DNA from: Lytechinus pictus | Taxonomy: Eukaryota | NCBI RefSeq assembly: GCF_037042905.1 | Contig: NC_087245.1 | Location: 25,050,001 to 25,114,000 of the forward strand | Length of the DNA stretch: 64,000 bases | Reading direction: 5' to 3' | In this document: piece by piece, positions 39,001-51,760 of the stretch | How positions within the stretch are numbered: position 1 is the stretch's first letter | Layout of the letters: each line of letters begins with the position of its first letter | Position numbers and translations under genes: made by a program | The notes under the pieces: generated by a model | Told to the model about the DNA's origin: nothing | The model's database searches: none | Seen by the model: only the letters and a program-made list of their open reading frames with translations

Positions 39001-42000
39001 TGCTATCCGAGCCTGCGGACAATGCATGAAAACACCAAGGAATGCGATGGTTTCGATGGTGCTCCCTACGATGGCAAGCTTGATAAGACCCGGGACCTTC
39101 AGTTTCCATCGCTTCATCACCCATCCTCCTAGAAACGTCCCTAAGACAGATCCGGGGATCACTGCGATACCTGAATGGATGAAATATGTATCACAGAAGA
39201 TTCGGCTTGAATGTCACCTTTCTAGATTTGTCAGACATAATTATTGAGCATCTTCGAAATTATTCTACAATTCAAGTAATTATTTTACTTTTAGTAGTTG
39301 GAGGTCCTATCGCAGAATGTGCCGGAAAGTAAATCAAACAATGATGTCCAGAAACTAATGGATCTCACACGGAAAGAACTATTGATATCAATAAAAGAAC
39401 GCAAACTCTCATATTATGGCCATACTAGAAGACACGAATCTTTGTCAAAGAAATCATGGAGGGAAAGATTGAAGGCAAAGAGGAAGAGATGACAGGCAGA
39501 AAGATAAACGAATGCTGCAATATAGCACTGGACAGAGACAGATGGTACATCATGACATCCAACCTCTTTAAAGAGAAGGAACAGCCGTAAGGTAAGTTAA
39601 GTTGGAGGAATATTTCGGAAAATGTGTGATTTGTTAGGTATGACGGAGATAAATGGAAGTAGATGTTGATAATGATGATGATGTGGTAGGTGTTATGTTG
39701 GTGATGGTAGCGGTGATAGTGTCGGAGGTAGTGGCAAAGGTGGTAATTATGGCGGTGGTGGTGTAAGTTGCTGTCATTATTTGGATGATCGTAACTTCGG
39801 TCGACGTGGTGGCGGATTTTGACCGTGGAACTGAGGGTTGAGAATACGCATCTTGGCTAGTTATTTTGGTAAGTGATATAGTGGGTGGTGCCATTGTCTG
39901 TTGTGGTTGCAGTGATTGTGATGTCTACAATGTGGTCGTCATGTGGTGATAGTGTCGGAGGTAGTGGTGGCGGTGTTAATGGTGGTATTTGTGCCGGTGG
40001 TAGCGTATGATGATGGTGGCGATGATGATACTAGTGGCGTCGATGATATGTATTTAGGTAAATTGAGCGATACTGATGTTGCTATAATGGCGGTGACAGT
40101 GTCACTTAGTAATAGGTACGGTCGTGGTGGTGGATTGACCGTGGAATCGAGGATTGATGATATACTTTGTAAGTCATTTCGGTAGGTGATACATCGGTGC
40201 AAATGGGGCTATCCGGACTTTTCGCATTTACTACGGGAAAATTCTCTACAAACGCACCAATACCTTTGAAAATACAAGTCAAATCACAATGGAGAGCTGA
40301 GAGGCTTTTCTCGAAAGTTGGTGGACCAGTGGAGGCGGAAGTGATCAATTGTGTTTGATGGTGTCGTGTTTTGGGGTGTACTTGTGTAGGATTTGACTAA
40401 CCTGTAATGATGGTAGCCATGCTCGATGTCACCATGAATTGATTCTCGAGGAGTTTAGGCAAGAAAGCGGCAAAGGAGTTGATGAGGAGGATATCGGGGA
40501 CGGTCGAACATACAGTGAAGACATAGGTAGGGTTGATAGCCAGGTGTTTCAGAATCTTCAACACACCCTTGATCTCCTGGACTAGACGAGACGACTCGCT
40601 GCTGGACTGTCCTGGGTGCCCACCTTTGTGTAGGCCAGAGTTCTTGTGAGACTCCACAGGCTTCTCAGTTCGGATTTTAGCAGTTTCTTTCGTTACACAC
40701 AAAGGTTTTGGATAGAAAATTCACAAATAAAGAGTGATTGCATTATTTTCAAAATGATACAATAGAATTAGTATCACAAATGTGAAATAAATCACAACCA
40801 TAAAAATAACCAAACAGTTCATAACACATTTTTAAACTGACATTTCTGAAATAATATTGTTTCTTTCCTCTAAAATAAAATCAGGTATATTTACCCCTTA
40901 TCAAGCTTGCTCATTATTTGGTTATTTTAATTGCAGCAGTGCACTTGAAGAACAATAAAAACTTAAATCAGTAAAAGCTTTATTAAACATCATTACTTTT
41001 CTTGTATGGTATTACAATTATACGTATACATTTGTTTATTGCTGGCTAACTCACTTGGTAATTCCCTAGGGAAGAGTCCGATGGGTATAGAGAGTATGAT
41101 GATGACTAACCCGGCCACGATGAAGCCTAACCACCAAGCACCCACCCAACCAGGATCTGATGGAGATACAGACACTCTGATGACAAAGTAAAAAACAAAT
41201 TATTTAATGTGCATTATTGTGCATTAGATTGAAAATCTCAATCTAAGATTTAGAACGCAACCTTTTTTCAATCTTATTTTGGATTGGTCTTCAATTCAAT
41301 CAATCTCTCAATGATTTGTTTCAAATCAATGGAATTTTGAATTTTATTCAATTTGTGTAAAAGAGCGAATCTGCAGCCGTCTTTTTTTAACGAGTGAATA
41401 TAATTTCACTCTCAACTGAGTTGAATTCTACTCGCCTTTGATTGTCATTGACGATATACTTTCAACCATTCATTCTCAATCTTTCAAAGAGTGAGCCAAG
41501 TCATTGTTAAAATAAAACGAGATAAATTTTTATTATAATGACCCGATTCGAGCTATTAGTGTATAGTATTTTGAAGATATAGTATTCGCTTTGATAACAT
41601 AATATTTACTCATCGAGCATTATTATTATCGGTGCACATTAATGAATTGAACAATTTGCAATTTGTTTTGTCTTTTACACTTACCACGGAAACTAATTAA
41701 ACGAAAGGAATTTGCTAAACTTTCATTTACACCCATCAGAGAACAATAATGAAATGAAATTAAAATCCAGTCCATATTTTATTGTTCTAAATAGACATGA
41801 AATGAAATAGTCTGAAAATTTGCTTTTCCCAATTGATCGCTGGCCCGGCAACCGCTGTGCAGCGCCAGGTCGACGAGGCTCTATCCCTAATTGTTGAACG
41901 CCAAACAGGGTAGCAGCAACTCCCATCTTCTAACGTCTTTTGGTCTGACGCGGCCAGGTTTTGAACCCCCGACCTCCCGGTTGTGAGACGGACGATCTAC

Positions 42001-45000
42001 CAACTGAGCCAACACATTGGTCAATAAACAATATAATGGTGTCATACGGATGTTATAAATCACATGCAGAGAATATCACATGAATAACATTATTGTCCTT
42101 ATTTCCTTTTGGAACTCCAGAACAAATAGAGATCGAAACTGTAATATTGTTACATACAGATATTAAGAATTGAAATGAAACGAATTACCCGGGCGGCATT
42201 TCAATATCTGTATAGATGTTGAGGAAGAAGCCAGCTAGAAGATATCCGATTGCAGTTCCAAAGGTTGCCATGGTGAAACATGTACCTGTAAAGAGTTGCC
42301 ATGGTGATATTCATTTCAATATCCGCTTAAAAACAAAGCTCTATCAATAAAATGTCGCCAATTTGAACTGATCAATTAAGTTAGAGTGAGGCCTGCATCG
42401 CACTACTCATCTATTTCAATTTCAGCTAAGTTGCGGTGAATCGACAAAAAGGCAACACATTAGATTTTATTTATGGGGTAAAGGGAGATTCCACTGAACT
42501 TGCACGTGATTGCAGTTACCAAAGGGCGCATTCGCTTAGGCTGGGTTCACATAGAAATATACGGTATACGGTATTCTCTATTCGCTATTCGCTATTCTCT
42601 ATACGGGCATGGCGGGTCACATAAAGGTAGCACGCGTGTCCTACTTTAATATTCAAAATGGATACTTCAGACGAAGAAGATTTGGCTCTTCTCCTACTGG
42701 CCGAGGCTGAGGAGGTACATATGAAGAAAAGAAGAACGGTACGGGTACGACAACACTTCCAAATGCGACCTGTGTTGGGGGAGTTCCACACAACATTTAA
42801 AAATTGTGATAGATCACCCTGATGAGAAGGTGTTTTTTAACTACATGAGGATGTCGTACGACAGCTACAAAGGTTTAAAAGACCTGATTTTGCCCCACAT
42901 CCGTCCCATTAGATCAAACTGGAGGAAACCGATATCAGGAGAAGAGAAGCTTCTTTTGACGATCAGGTGAGTGAAACAAATAGGCCTAACAAGTGAGTAC
43001 GTGAATAAAAAAAACCATTAGTCATAAGTTGTGATGCTACATAGCAGAACTAATGTTTTATTAGACATGTACCAAACTTCTATATGAATGCAAGTTGACC
43101 CAACTCAATCTGATTATAAAATTGACCCAACTCCATGACTCCCCCCCCCCCCAAGAAACTGAAATTTTACGGTTACAAAAAGTAAGCATAGAGACTGCTG
43201 TTCTGATGCAGTGTTGTGTATCATGATGAAATTATAATGTTATTAAACAAAATATAATCAGTTTAATTGATTTACCCGAAATTTCAAGGTAAAAAAAGAC
43301 AGAACGAAAAATGCAGAGCCCACATAAATCATACAGCATGTGCATGAGATAAACTCTGAAGTGCTGGATAACTTACATATGACGGCCATGTGCTATGAAA
43401 TTCCAACAAAATGAGTACCAAGAAATCATTTCATTTGAACTTACCTCATTTAACCAACGCACACAGTAAATATTATAGGGAAATTCAGAACACCACCTGC
43501 CACGTCTGTATACGCTGCACGAAAATCTAACAAGTACGATTCCCACTATTACCGTGTTTACACTTAATCGGCATTTGAATCGGCTCGCGGTTCTGAACCG
43601 CGAGCCGATTCAGCATCGGCTTTTTCATAGCGTGTAAACGCGAGCAACTTGAATCGGCTCGCGGTTCAGAACCGGCAATTTGCACCACCAAAGTAGTAGG
43701 TTCTGAACCGCGAGCCGATGCAGAATCGGCTTTTTTACTACGTGTAAACAGAAAGCCGATTCTGCACCGGCAATTTGTGCGCATTTCAATTACTTTAGCA
43801 TTGTGACGTAATTGTAAGCGCACTGATCCAGCGTCGTCTTTATTATGACGTATATTGTAGGTATGCGTATCATTTCAGGTTTTTGCATCGGCTCGCGGTT
43901 CTGAACCGCGAGCTGTAACAACGTGTAAACGCAATCCAAATGCCGATTCTGCATCGGCATTTGGTTCAGAACCAATTGCCGATTAAGTGTAAACACGGTA
44001 TATACTATACTATACGCAGCTATACGGCATTTTCGTATAGTGCCCTCTCATGTGACCCGGTATTAGGAAATCCTATTGTTCGATTCAAGCTATTCGCGTG
44101 CCCTCGAAAACGTGCACCGTATACCCGAATAGTATACTTCTATGTGAACCCAGCCTTATAGTCACGTTTTCCAATGTGCTGGACACTAGACGATTAAAAT
44201 ATCGGCACATAGGCTGTTAAATACTTTCAATAACCTCCATCAAAGACCCTTTTCTATAAACTACAATGAGATTGTAATACTTTGTAGTTGACCTAAGCTA
44301 ACCAAATTACAAATCACCGGTACGGAGACTCAACAACGAGAGGCCACAACTTCAATAAAGTAACAAAATAAAAATAAAAACGTTTCAACACTATATTTAG
44401 ACAGCATGCTTTTTAAGAAGTAATGTGAATAGTTGGATGCTCTGCCAAATGAAGTAGTCAATGCTGCCACCTTTAACTACTTAACGTCATCCCTAGACAG
44501 GTATTGGCACAATAATCCAATCACGTTTGACCAATATTTGAGAAAGGACGGAATAGTAAAGGGGGATAAATGAGCTAGCTTCAAGTCTCTGTATACACCC
44601 AAGCATAAACAAGTAAAAAAGTGTGCCTTTATATCCAAAATACTGCATCTTTCCATAGTCTCCTATATCATGACTAATGTTTTAATATTTACATGGACTT
44701 GTTTCTGAAGTAAGTATATATTCTCTTTATTTATAAGACATGTATTCTTTCCTACATCGTGCCCGAAATCACACAAGAAACACACACATACCATCGCACC
44801 CTTTCCTTAAAACTTACTTAAGTACATTCCATTCTGTTTGGTCGTGATGCTCTCATCGAGGAACACAACCCCGAGGCTACCCGGAGGTGTTGCCCCTATT
44901 CCCGCTATAACTTTGGCTGCTCCAAAGAGAATGATATATTTTGATAATGACAAACTGCTCTTTCCGCTCCGTTGACAACCATCAGGCGAAGATGTTGACG

Positions 45001-47381
45001 TACTATTCGCCTGTGGGAGTTGGCACGTCGTTTGTCCGGCGACTTTTTCGACAAAATAGGCGTATCTTTCTGTCGTAAAATGGGGCAGGGCAAAAAGCAG
45101 TGAAGCCATGCCCACTAGAAAGCAACCAATCGAAATCCAACGTGGCTTATTGCCACGCCCACCGAAGTATGTAACTGGTATCATCGAGATGATGACGGTG
45201 AATTCATAGATGCTCAATAAAGTACCAATATCTCTACTGCGCAGCTGGAACCTTCTTTCGATAGACGTGATCGCACTATTTGTAAACCCATCCTCGATCA
45301 TGAGCTAAAAAAAATGGAAAAGGAAAAGAAAGATGTGAAATAATCTAATAAGACAATAAGAGTCCCATTTATTTCACATTTTTTATGAAATGTCACTCTT
45401 TATGAAAAAAACTCTAATTCGCACAAAAGTTTGATGAAAATAATGTAAGCGGAAAAGATTACGCTGTAGTCAAAATTTTAGATTTTCGATACATATATAT
45501 ATGATCATTATAGATTTAAAACAAAACGATAGAAACAGATACCGTAAGGAAAAGCAGTGATGATAGGCAGCCACTTCATATTCACCAAAGATCATTCTGT
45601 CATGGTAAGCCTATGCTCATTTTGAAGATAATGTATCAGTATTTCCGTCATAACTCTGTTTATTCTTTCTCATTTTGTTGAGGTGTCATTTTAAAGAGCA
45701 GAAATTTATATACTTCCGCCAAATAACTTTTGATAACTTATCTTTAAATTGTTTATATTGACCCATGCGTGAACATGGTGAAGTATTATCTATGACATGA
45801 GTTTCATGAAATGTAACAAGAGGGTATGTAGATTCATAAAAAGCGATTATTAAAGGGGTATCCAGCCTTGGCCATAAAATGTTGTGTTGGGAAGGAGAAA
45901 AATAAATTAAACAAATTGGTGAAAGTTTGAAAGAAATCGGACAAGCAATAAGAAAGTTATAGCCGCTTTAAAATTGAAATCACTAATACTATGTAGATTT
46001 CAAATTGGCAACTGGGTAAGTAAATTATGACAAGGGGCAAGGACAACTTTCCCATAGGCCATGTACTTTATTATCAGGATTTGTGGTTTTCTCTTAAGCA
46101 CCCATTCCCCTTGGGCAGTAATCTAAATATAACCCAGGTAGTATATTGTTTTATGTCCTCATGAAAGAAAAATATAATTGGAAATAAAACTTTTGGGAAA
46201 AATTACATTTTAGCCATATTATGTATTGGAGTACATGGAAGAGTAGTCCTTGCCTTACATCACTATGACATCCCATATGCGGCCAATTTGAAGTCTCCAT
46301 GGGTATAGTGATTACCAATATTTACAACTTTTAAAAATCCATAACTTTCTTGTTGTTTGTCCAATATTGTTCAAACTTTCACCTATCAACTTGTCTGATT
46401 TTTCTTTTCCTTATAAAAACAAGTTTTTATTTGGGTTGGAGTCCCCTTTAAGGGGAGGGGGTTCAGGGACGCAAAATGGACACTTGATCCATCTCAATCT
46501 CATTCCATTATTTATTGGAATTGAGAAAGCCATTCAGTGCGTGTCTTAAGTACCGAGTTGAGTTTTATCGAGGTGTACTATTGTGAATTTTGTATTTTAC
46601 TCTCAGGTAGCTAGTATTCAAAATAACGAGTGAAGCGATGACTATTAAGAACCGTTATCATTCCAAACGTTAACAATCGTTTTCGCTGATCCGCCTCAGT
46701 GCCTGATTCCCATTGACTGATTGAAGTATTTATGCCCCGTAATCATATACAGTAACTTGATGCAGAGCAAAATCTATCTTTTCTTATACTGCAAAAAACA
46801 ATTCTGTCTTAGCAGCAGTATCCCTCCCGGGGCATTCCTGTTTCAAAAATCTTCTTTTTATGGGTATATATTTTAAAGATATATGCTCTGAAGGTGCTAT
46901 AAATATATAACCTATTGTTATCATCATGATACCTGTAATTGATACATTTTTAAAAAGAATTTAGGTATCGGTAAGAGGAAATGAAGATACTCCTATGAGT
47001 AACTTAGTAAAATTGTGTATTTATAAAAATAAGCTTTCCGACCAAACTAATGAAAAGAATAACAATGATCCAATTTAAATTCATAGTTATTTTCAGAAAA
47101 TATACGGTTAATCAGCGGCTTCAAAATTAATCATATTCAAACCTGCCATGGAAGTTTAACATATTATATCTTATCTGAACTGGAATACTGCTTACCGTCA
47201 TGAAAGCGGCTCCACTCAATGAAGCCAGAAGCCAACGTTGAGAGTTAAATCGTTGAAGCCATCGAGGGCGCCAATCACACCATCCACAGGACGTCACAAT
47301 TTCTTTCGAATTCGACGTCGTCTGCTCGTCCGATTTGAGCCTACTGCTTTCATGCCTTGAGTTTGGTGCTGACTCTTCCAT
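35764..47381 (-). CDS. Solute carrier organic anion transporter (SLCO/OATP family, SLCO4-like), 10 coding exons, 677 aa
   Basis: Exons 47381-47196, 45304-44818, 42285-42189, 41176-41055, 40686-40402, 39170-38975, 38470-38326, 37582-37410, 36892-36828 and 36041-35764 (2034 nt) are in phase. Diagnostic motifs: OATP signature DPGWVGAWWLGF, SIERRFQL, YFGGRGNKPRWI, Kazal-like loop CNQACSC...PVC...FFSPCHAGC, and IDSTCVQWQETCGERGACWLYDN. Confidence 0.95.
36828..36892 (-). CDS. SLCO coding exon 9
   Basis: CVAEHERPVALGMNSVVARTLG. Confidence 0.92.
37410..37582 (-). CDS. SLCO coding exon 8
   Basis: TFAGCVCSPMASSGMLGTVHHGKCSTPCNLLPAFIVIMNIVLVAIFMGKVPLMNIVFR. Confidence 0.92.
38326..38470 (-). CDS. SLCO coding exon 7 (Kazal-like loop)
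   Basis: SSLLDLTSPCNQACSCSVDKFKPVCMEETGLSFFSPCHAGCSQDLGNG. Confidence 0.93.
38975..39170 (-). CDS. SLCO coding exon 6
   Basis: IAVIPGSVLGTFLGGWVMKRWKL...MHCPQARIAGVTTAYSN. Confidence 0.93.
39298..39597 (+). mobile_element. RTE-clade LINE 3' fragment
   Basis: LLISIKERKLSYYGHTRRHES, then after a frameshift KEIMEGKIEGKRKR...ALDRDRW, typical of the RTE ORF C-terminus; short GTAAG tail repeats. Confidence 0.75.
40402..40686 (-). CDS. SLCO coding exon 5
   Basis: TAKIRTEK...LAINPTYVF...FAAFLPKLLENQFMVTSSMATIITG; the AAG acceptor is weak but in phase. Confidence 0.85.
41055..41176 (-). CDS. SLCO coding exon 4
   Basis: VSVSPSDPGWVGAWWLGFIVAGLVIIILSIPIGLFPRELP. Confidence 0.95.
41745..42020 (-). 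mobile_element. tRNA-derived SINE (family B, Meta-domain-like centre)
   Basis: Minus strand TGGCTCAGTTGGTAGA (A box)...GGTTCAAAACC (B box), then GTCAGACCAAAAGACGTTAGAAGATGGGAGTTGCTGCTACCCTGTTTGGCGTTCAAC, with a TTTCA-type tail. Confidence 0.75.
42189..42285 (-). CDS. SLCO coding exon 3
   Basis: TCFTMATFGTAIGYLLAGFFLNIYTDIEMPP. Confidence 0.92.
42658..42966 (+). pseudogene. Harbinger transposase first exon with frameshift
   Basis: MDTSDEEDLALLLLAEAEEVHMKKRRTVRVRQHFQMRPVLGEFHTTF, a frameshift near 42800, then IVIDHPDEKVFFNYMRMSYDSYKGLKDLILPHIRPIRSNWRKPISGEEKLLLTIR|GTGAGT. The FxNYxRMS...RxPIxxEEKLxxTxR motif matches Harbinger transposases. Confidence 0.85.
43552..43998. mobile_element. MITE with TA TSD nested in the Harbinger element
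   Basis: 22-bp perfect TIR CCGTGTTTACACTTAATCGGCA; TA at 43550-43551 and 43999-44000; repeated internal palindrome CTCGCGGTTCTGAACCGCGAG. Confidence 0.88.
44390..44620 (+). mobile_element. Degenerate CR1-like LINE 3' end
   Basis: ...LPNEVVNAATFNYLTSSLDRYW resembles the CR1 ORF2 C-terminus. Confidence 0.55.
44818..45304 (-). CDS. SLCO coding exon 2
   Basis: LMIEDGFTNSAITSIERRFQL...PRWISIG...LGVVFLDESITTKQNGMYL. Confidence 0.93.
45854..46447. mobile_element. Kolobok-like non-autonomous element (AGGGG termini, TTAA TSD)
   Basis: TTAA|AGGGGTATCCAGCC ... GGTTGGAGTCCCCT|TTAA; subterminal sequence similar to 57045-57626. Confidence 0.8.
47196..47381 (-). CDS. SLCO coding exon 1
   Basis: MEESAPN...CGWCDWRPRWLQRFNSQRWLLASLSGAAFMT; AG immediately precedes the ATG. 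Confidence 0.88.
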
Positions 47382-48236
47382 CTGAACAAAATGGGGAAAA
47401 AAACGAAATTAAACAAAATTATGATGATGACATACGAACTTGCAGTTTTTGTTTAATTCTTTCATGTCGGATGAAACCGTCCATTTCCGGAGTTCGATTA
47501 AAGTATACCATCAATCGCCTCATTTCCCCTCTCAAAATTAATGAAAGGTCAGAACTTCCGCGCTTCGCACGGGATGAACTCACTACCTCCTCGTTGGGCG
47601 GACTGATATTTTCACATTCAAGCTCCTTCATCATTCAAAAAGTGTCATCGTATCAGAATATTAGAAGGTAATTTGATCATTTTCTCTCAAATTTCGATTT
47701 AAAAGAAGCGAGAATGGACCCCCAGCTCCCTAAATTCACCTGGTTATCGAGCCCTAATGACGTAACCTATACATTATTCAACTGCTCATGTCAAATAATA
47801 TACATTTGATACTTTTCAACTCATTGAAGAACAAATGCGGCTATACATAACAGAATCACATACAGCATAAAGGAAGTGATTTGCATTTTTTGCTGCCGAA
47901 CGTTTGTCAAGATAAAATAATGCAAAGCATTAAATAACAATTTTCTCCGAATATAAGCTAAGTCAAGCAATGATTACAAAACAAACCTTTCGTTTGAACT
48001 GGTAAAATGTCACATGATATAAAGATTTAACTCACAACTTCTGGAACAAACTATACTTGATACAGGTCCTACTGTTCATGTTGAAAAAAAATAGATCGAG
48101 TCTCATTATTCTACCTTTGATACATATTTTCATATGAATACCAGTGGCGTAACAGGCGGGGGGGGCAGGGGGGGGCAAGCTGCCCCCCTGGCGAGTCTCA
48201 TTATTCTACCTTTGATACATATTTTTATATGAATAC

Positions 48237-49799
48237 CAGTGGCGTAACAGGCGGGGGGGGGCAAGGGGGGCAAGCTGCCCCCCTGGCGGATTTCATCGGG
48301 AAAATAAAAGAAAAATGGGAAAAAGAAAAAAAGGGAAAGGGGAAGGAAAGGGCAAAAGGAAAGGAGGAAAAGTAAAGGGAAAAATGAAAAGAAAACGAAG
48401 AAAAAAAAAATTTAATGGAAAAGGAAGGCAAGCGGGAAAATGTACGAAAGAAGAACATTTGAGAAAGAACAAATCATTCCGAAATAGGCCTATGTCATGC
48501 AATAGCACGGTGGGAAATAAATTAAAAGATGATAAAATGGCAAACAATAGCGGGAAACGAAAGTAGAATGTAATTAGTCGAAAGCTTAATTGGAAAACAA
48601 AGAAAAGGGACACGAAAAAAAATAATAACACGACCGGGCTGCCGATGATTGAAATTAAAGAGCGGGAAGAAAGATGGACTGCATACAACATTGTGCTATA
48701 AGCTTACCTAAATTTTATGCAAATAAGCTACCGGGGCTTTGCCCCAGACCCAACGCAGTAGGGGCTCTTCATTTATAACCTTCAAATGGCTCTATAACGC
48801 CCCCCCCCCCGTTAAATCACGTTCAATCACTGGCATACAGGTGCGCGGGGGGGGGGGGGTCTTGGTTCCACACCCAAGAGGAAATAAAAGAAATTATAGG
48901 AGACAACGTATAATGAAATATGTTATTTGCTGAATATAATGGAAAAATCTATCACATAATTAGAATTTAATTTCAATAGGCAATTTTTTTTTCCAGCTCG
49001 CTTTGCACGCTGGCGACTTTTTACAACTTTTTTCCACATTGCTATGTTTTGCCCCCTCAAAATATTTGGTTCATTACGCAACTGGGTTGAATAAATGTGT
49101 TGTGTAAAAGCTATATTTTGTATATGCCCGCGATTTGATTAAAATAACGGCAATCTGCGAGGTTTAAATGGCTTTGATATCAAGAAGTTCCGGGGGCTCC
49201 GCCCCGGACCCCAACCGCACATCACTGCGTATGGAAGGGTTGGGACATGGCCCCAAAAAGTTATACAAACAAGATCCCAAAAAAAGGAGGAAAGAAAAGC
49301 AAAGGAAAAGTGTAGGATATGATTTTATTTACTGAATATAATGTCAAAAAAAAACTCAAAGTTAGATTCTCATGAAAAGTTGATTTTTTTTTCTCGCTCG
49401 CTTCGCTCGCTCGGGACTTATATAAAGCACCTTTTAAGCACATGGGCTATACTGCGCCCCTAGTTTTTTTTTTACCCTTCACGCTACAGCCGCATAGAAT
49501 CCTGTTCACAGTGGCGTACAGACCAACAAAAAAAACTCTAAAGAGAGAAAAGTGAAATATATTATTCTCTGGATATCATGTCAAAATCCATCACAAAATT
49601 TGATTTTTGTATTAAAAAGGTCAAATTTTTTGCTCGCTCGCAACTTTTTTTTTAAAGATAAATTCTGCCCGATACGCAATATCTGGCCTTCTCAAAATAG
49701 TCGCCTCGTTACACCTGTTCATACCATGATATGACCGGGAAATTTTTGGCTCTTGCCCCCCCCCCCCCCCCCTGGCCACCGACCCCTGTTACGCCGCTG
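48237..49799. mobile_element. hAT-like composite non-autonomous element with 8-bp TSD
   Basis: CAGTGGCGTAACAGG / CCTGTTACGCCGCTG termini; ATGAATAC at 48229-48236 and 49800-49807. Confidence 0.85.
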
Positions 49800-50242
49800 A
49801 TGAATACACACAAAAGTGGGCGCGGGTCAGAATACCTATAGTAAGCAACTGTGTGTAGAAGTCCGATCATAATTATAATAAGCAATCTACTTTAGATGAA
49901 AGAATTTGTACAAAATAGACTCGTTCTAATGGAACCAGTCAATTGTCTGATATATGCGATTCAGCTACAGTCTATGGTTTATTTCCTGATGTACACAATC
50001 CCAGGGTAGTATGCAGATTTTTTTTTACCGGGGGAAAAGACGCATTATAGAATTTGGAAGGCTAGAAGGCGATAGAGCGAAGCGACCGAGCTTGCCATGA
50101 GGGTGCTTTTGCTTTTTCTAAAGTGAAATTGAATTTCTTGCACATTTAGTGATTGATGTGAAAATTTTCAGTAAAATATACGTTTTTAAATTTCTGGGGG
50201 GGGGGAGCAACTGCCCCCTGCTATTAGATTGTAGGGGGGAAT

Positions 50243-50334
50243 AGTAGTAGTAGCAGTAGTAGTAGTAGTAGTAGTAGAAGTAGTAATAGAAGAGTATAAT
50301 TGTAGTAGTATAGTAGAAGTAGTCGTAGTAGCAC

Positions 50335-50376
<42 letters not shown>

Positions 50377-50437
50377 AAGTAGAAGTAGTAAAAGTAGTAG
50401 TAGTAGTAGTAGCAGTAGTAGTAGTATTAGTAGTAGA
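50243..50437. repeat. Imperfect (TAG)n microsatellite
   Basis: Direct inspection. Confidence 0.95.
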
Positions 50438-50894
50438 CTGATATGTTGACGAAATTGATGGAGACAAAATGAATATAAGACAACCTGAAGACAGACAAAA
50501 TGGTTATAGCCTACCTATGCTGGGCTAAATAGTTGTTAAACGAAATGTTGATGGACAAAGTGATATCACACTGAAAGTTAGACCATGTGATGAGTGGACA
50601 AGAAGACAGTAGATTAAATGTAAAGTCAGCCCCACAACATCATCATTTATATTGATATTCAGAGAGATAGAAAATAAGGCTATAAATTCAGCAATGGGAC
50701 GTTATGTTCATTGTGTAAGGGTTTTTTGGTAGAATTTCAAATTTCCCCAGTAATTATGATATTCTTTGTTTCCCCTGCAGAAAAGAGAGAAGAACCAATA
50801 TAACACAAATTCTTTACCAGTTTTTGATCTACGGTTTTTTTTATGACGCAAAGGCAATTCAGACGCCATGTAAACAACAAAATGTGCATGTTCT

Positions 50895-51236
50895 GTGTAG
50901 CGGTTCTGACTCTCGCCTTGTAATCAGAGGGTCGTGTGTTCGAATCCCACCATGGCCTAGCGTCCTTTGGCAAGGCGTCAATCCACAATTTGCCACTCTC
51001 CACCCAGGTGTTAAATGGGTACCTGGTAAGATGCGAAAGCCTATGTAGTATGCCTAGCAATTGAGTCTTAGAACTCTTGTTGGAATGCTCCCCAGGGAGT
51101 GGAGAAGGTGCATACATTGTATGCGGGCATGCAAGGATCCGATGACCGGGGTAATAATATATCTGTAAAGCGCTTAGAGACGTCGTTCCGATGTGTTAAG
51201 CGCTATATAAATGCGGAATATTATTATTATTATTAT
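50895..51236 (+). mobile_element. tRNA-derived SINE (family A, second copy)
   Basis: GTGTAGCGGTTCTGACTCTCGCCTTGTAATCAGAGGGTCGTGTGTTCGAATCCCACC...CCCAGGTGTTAAATGGGTACC...AAGCGCTATATAAAT followed by (TTA)n. Confidence 0.88.
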
Positions 51237-51373
51237 GTTTCAATTCTTGACATTTAGTACAACATAAACAAGTATTATTATGATTGCAAAACCAGTGTTT
51301 GTCCATTCTCCAGGAAGTTCATTACTACCAAGGAAACACCAATGCATGCAATATCAAAAATAGGAGTACTTAC

Positions 51374-51760
51374 CTTATGTTGCTGGTGGTGTTTCGTCGG
51401 CCTATCCCAATCAAAACCTTAAATACATGAACGTGAAGTTCAATGTCTCTGTAGTGTTGCACCAAATTGACGGAAAACTCAAAACAGGATCTATAATTTG
51501 CTAACCTTCGGAAATAAATGAATGAATGAATGAAGAACGAACAAGCAGTGCATCATCTGTTCAGAATGAACCCTCGCTATGGTCTTTATTGTTCATCCAT
51601 TGTAAATGCTCAGTAACAACACACTTTCACCAGTCACACTTGAATTAGAAGCACGACCTATCGATATCCAGTGCAATACAATCTTCGGTTGAATATAGCT
51701 CCCCTAAATGGCGGAGTCTGCGTCTGTGTGACTCACGCTCGTTTTTCGAAGCCTCCTCCC
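51374..51760 (-). other. Candidate non-coding 5' UTR exon of the SLCO gene
   Basis: Strong donor AAG|GTAAGT at 51374/51373. The SLCO ATG sits directly after an acceptor AG, so an upstream exon is expected. An in-frame stop excludes a coding extension. The 5' boundary is a guess. Confidence 0.4.

Larger units (their letters stand above)
42539..44155 (+). mobile_element. PIF/Harbinger transposon, internally deleted
   Basis: TIR GGCTGGGTTCACATAGAA(A/G)TATAC at both ends; TTA TSD (42536-42538 / 44156-44158); carries a transposase N-terminus. Confidence 0.9.

Noticed and set aside
39634..40348. Thr/Val-rich ORFs in an SLCO intron (mucin-like)
   Set aside because: Derived from degenerate GGT/GAT repeats with an internal duplication; not needed for the in-phase SLCO model
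48225..48691. Lys-rich and Phe-rich ORFs
   Set aside because: Purine-rich low-complexity filler inside the hAT element
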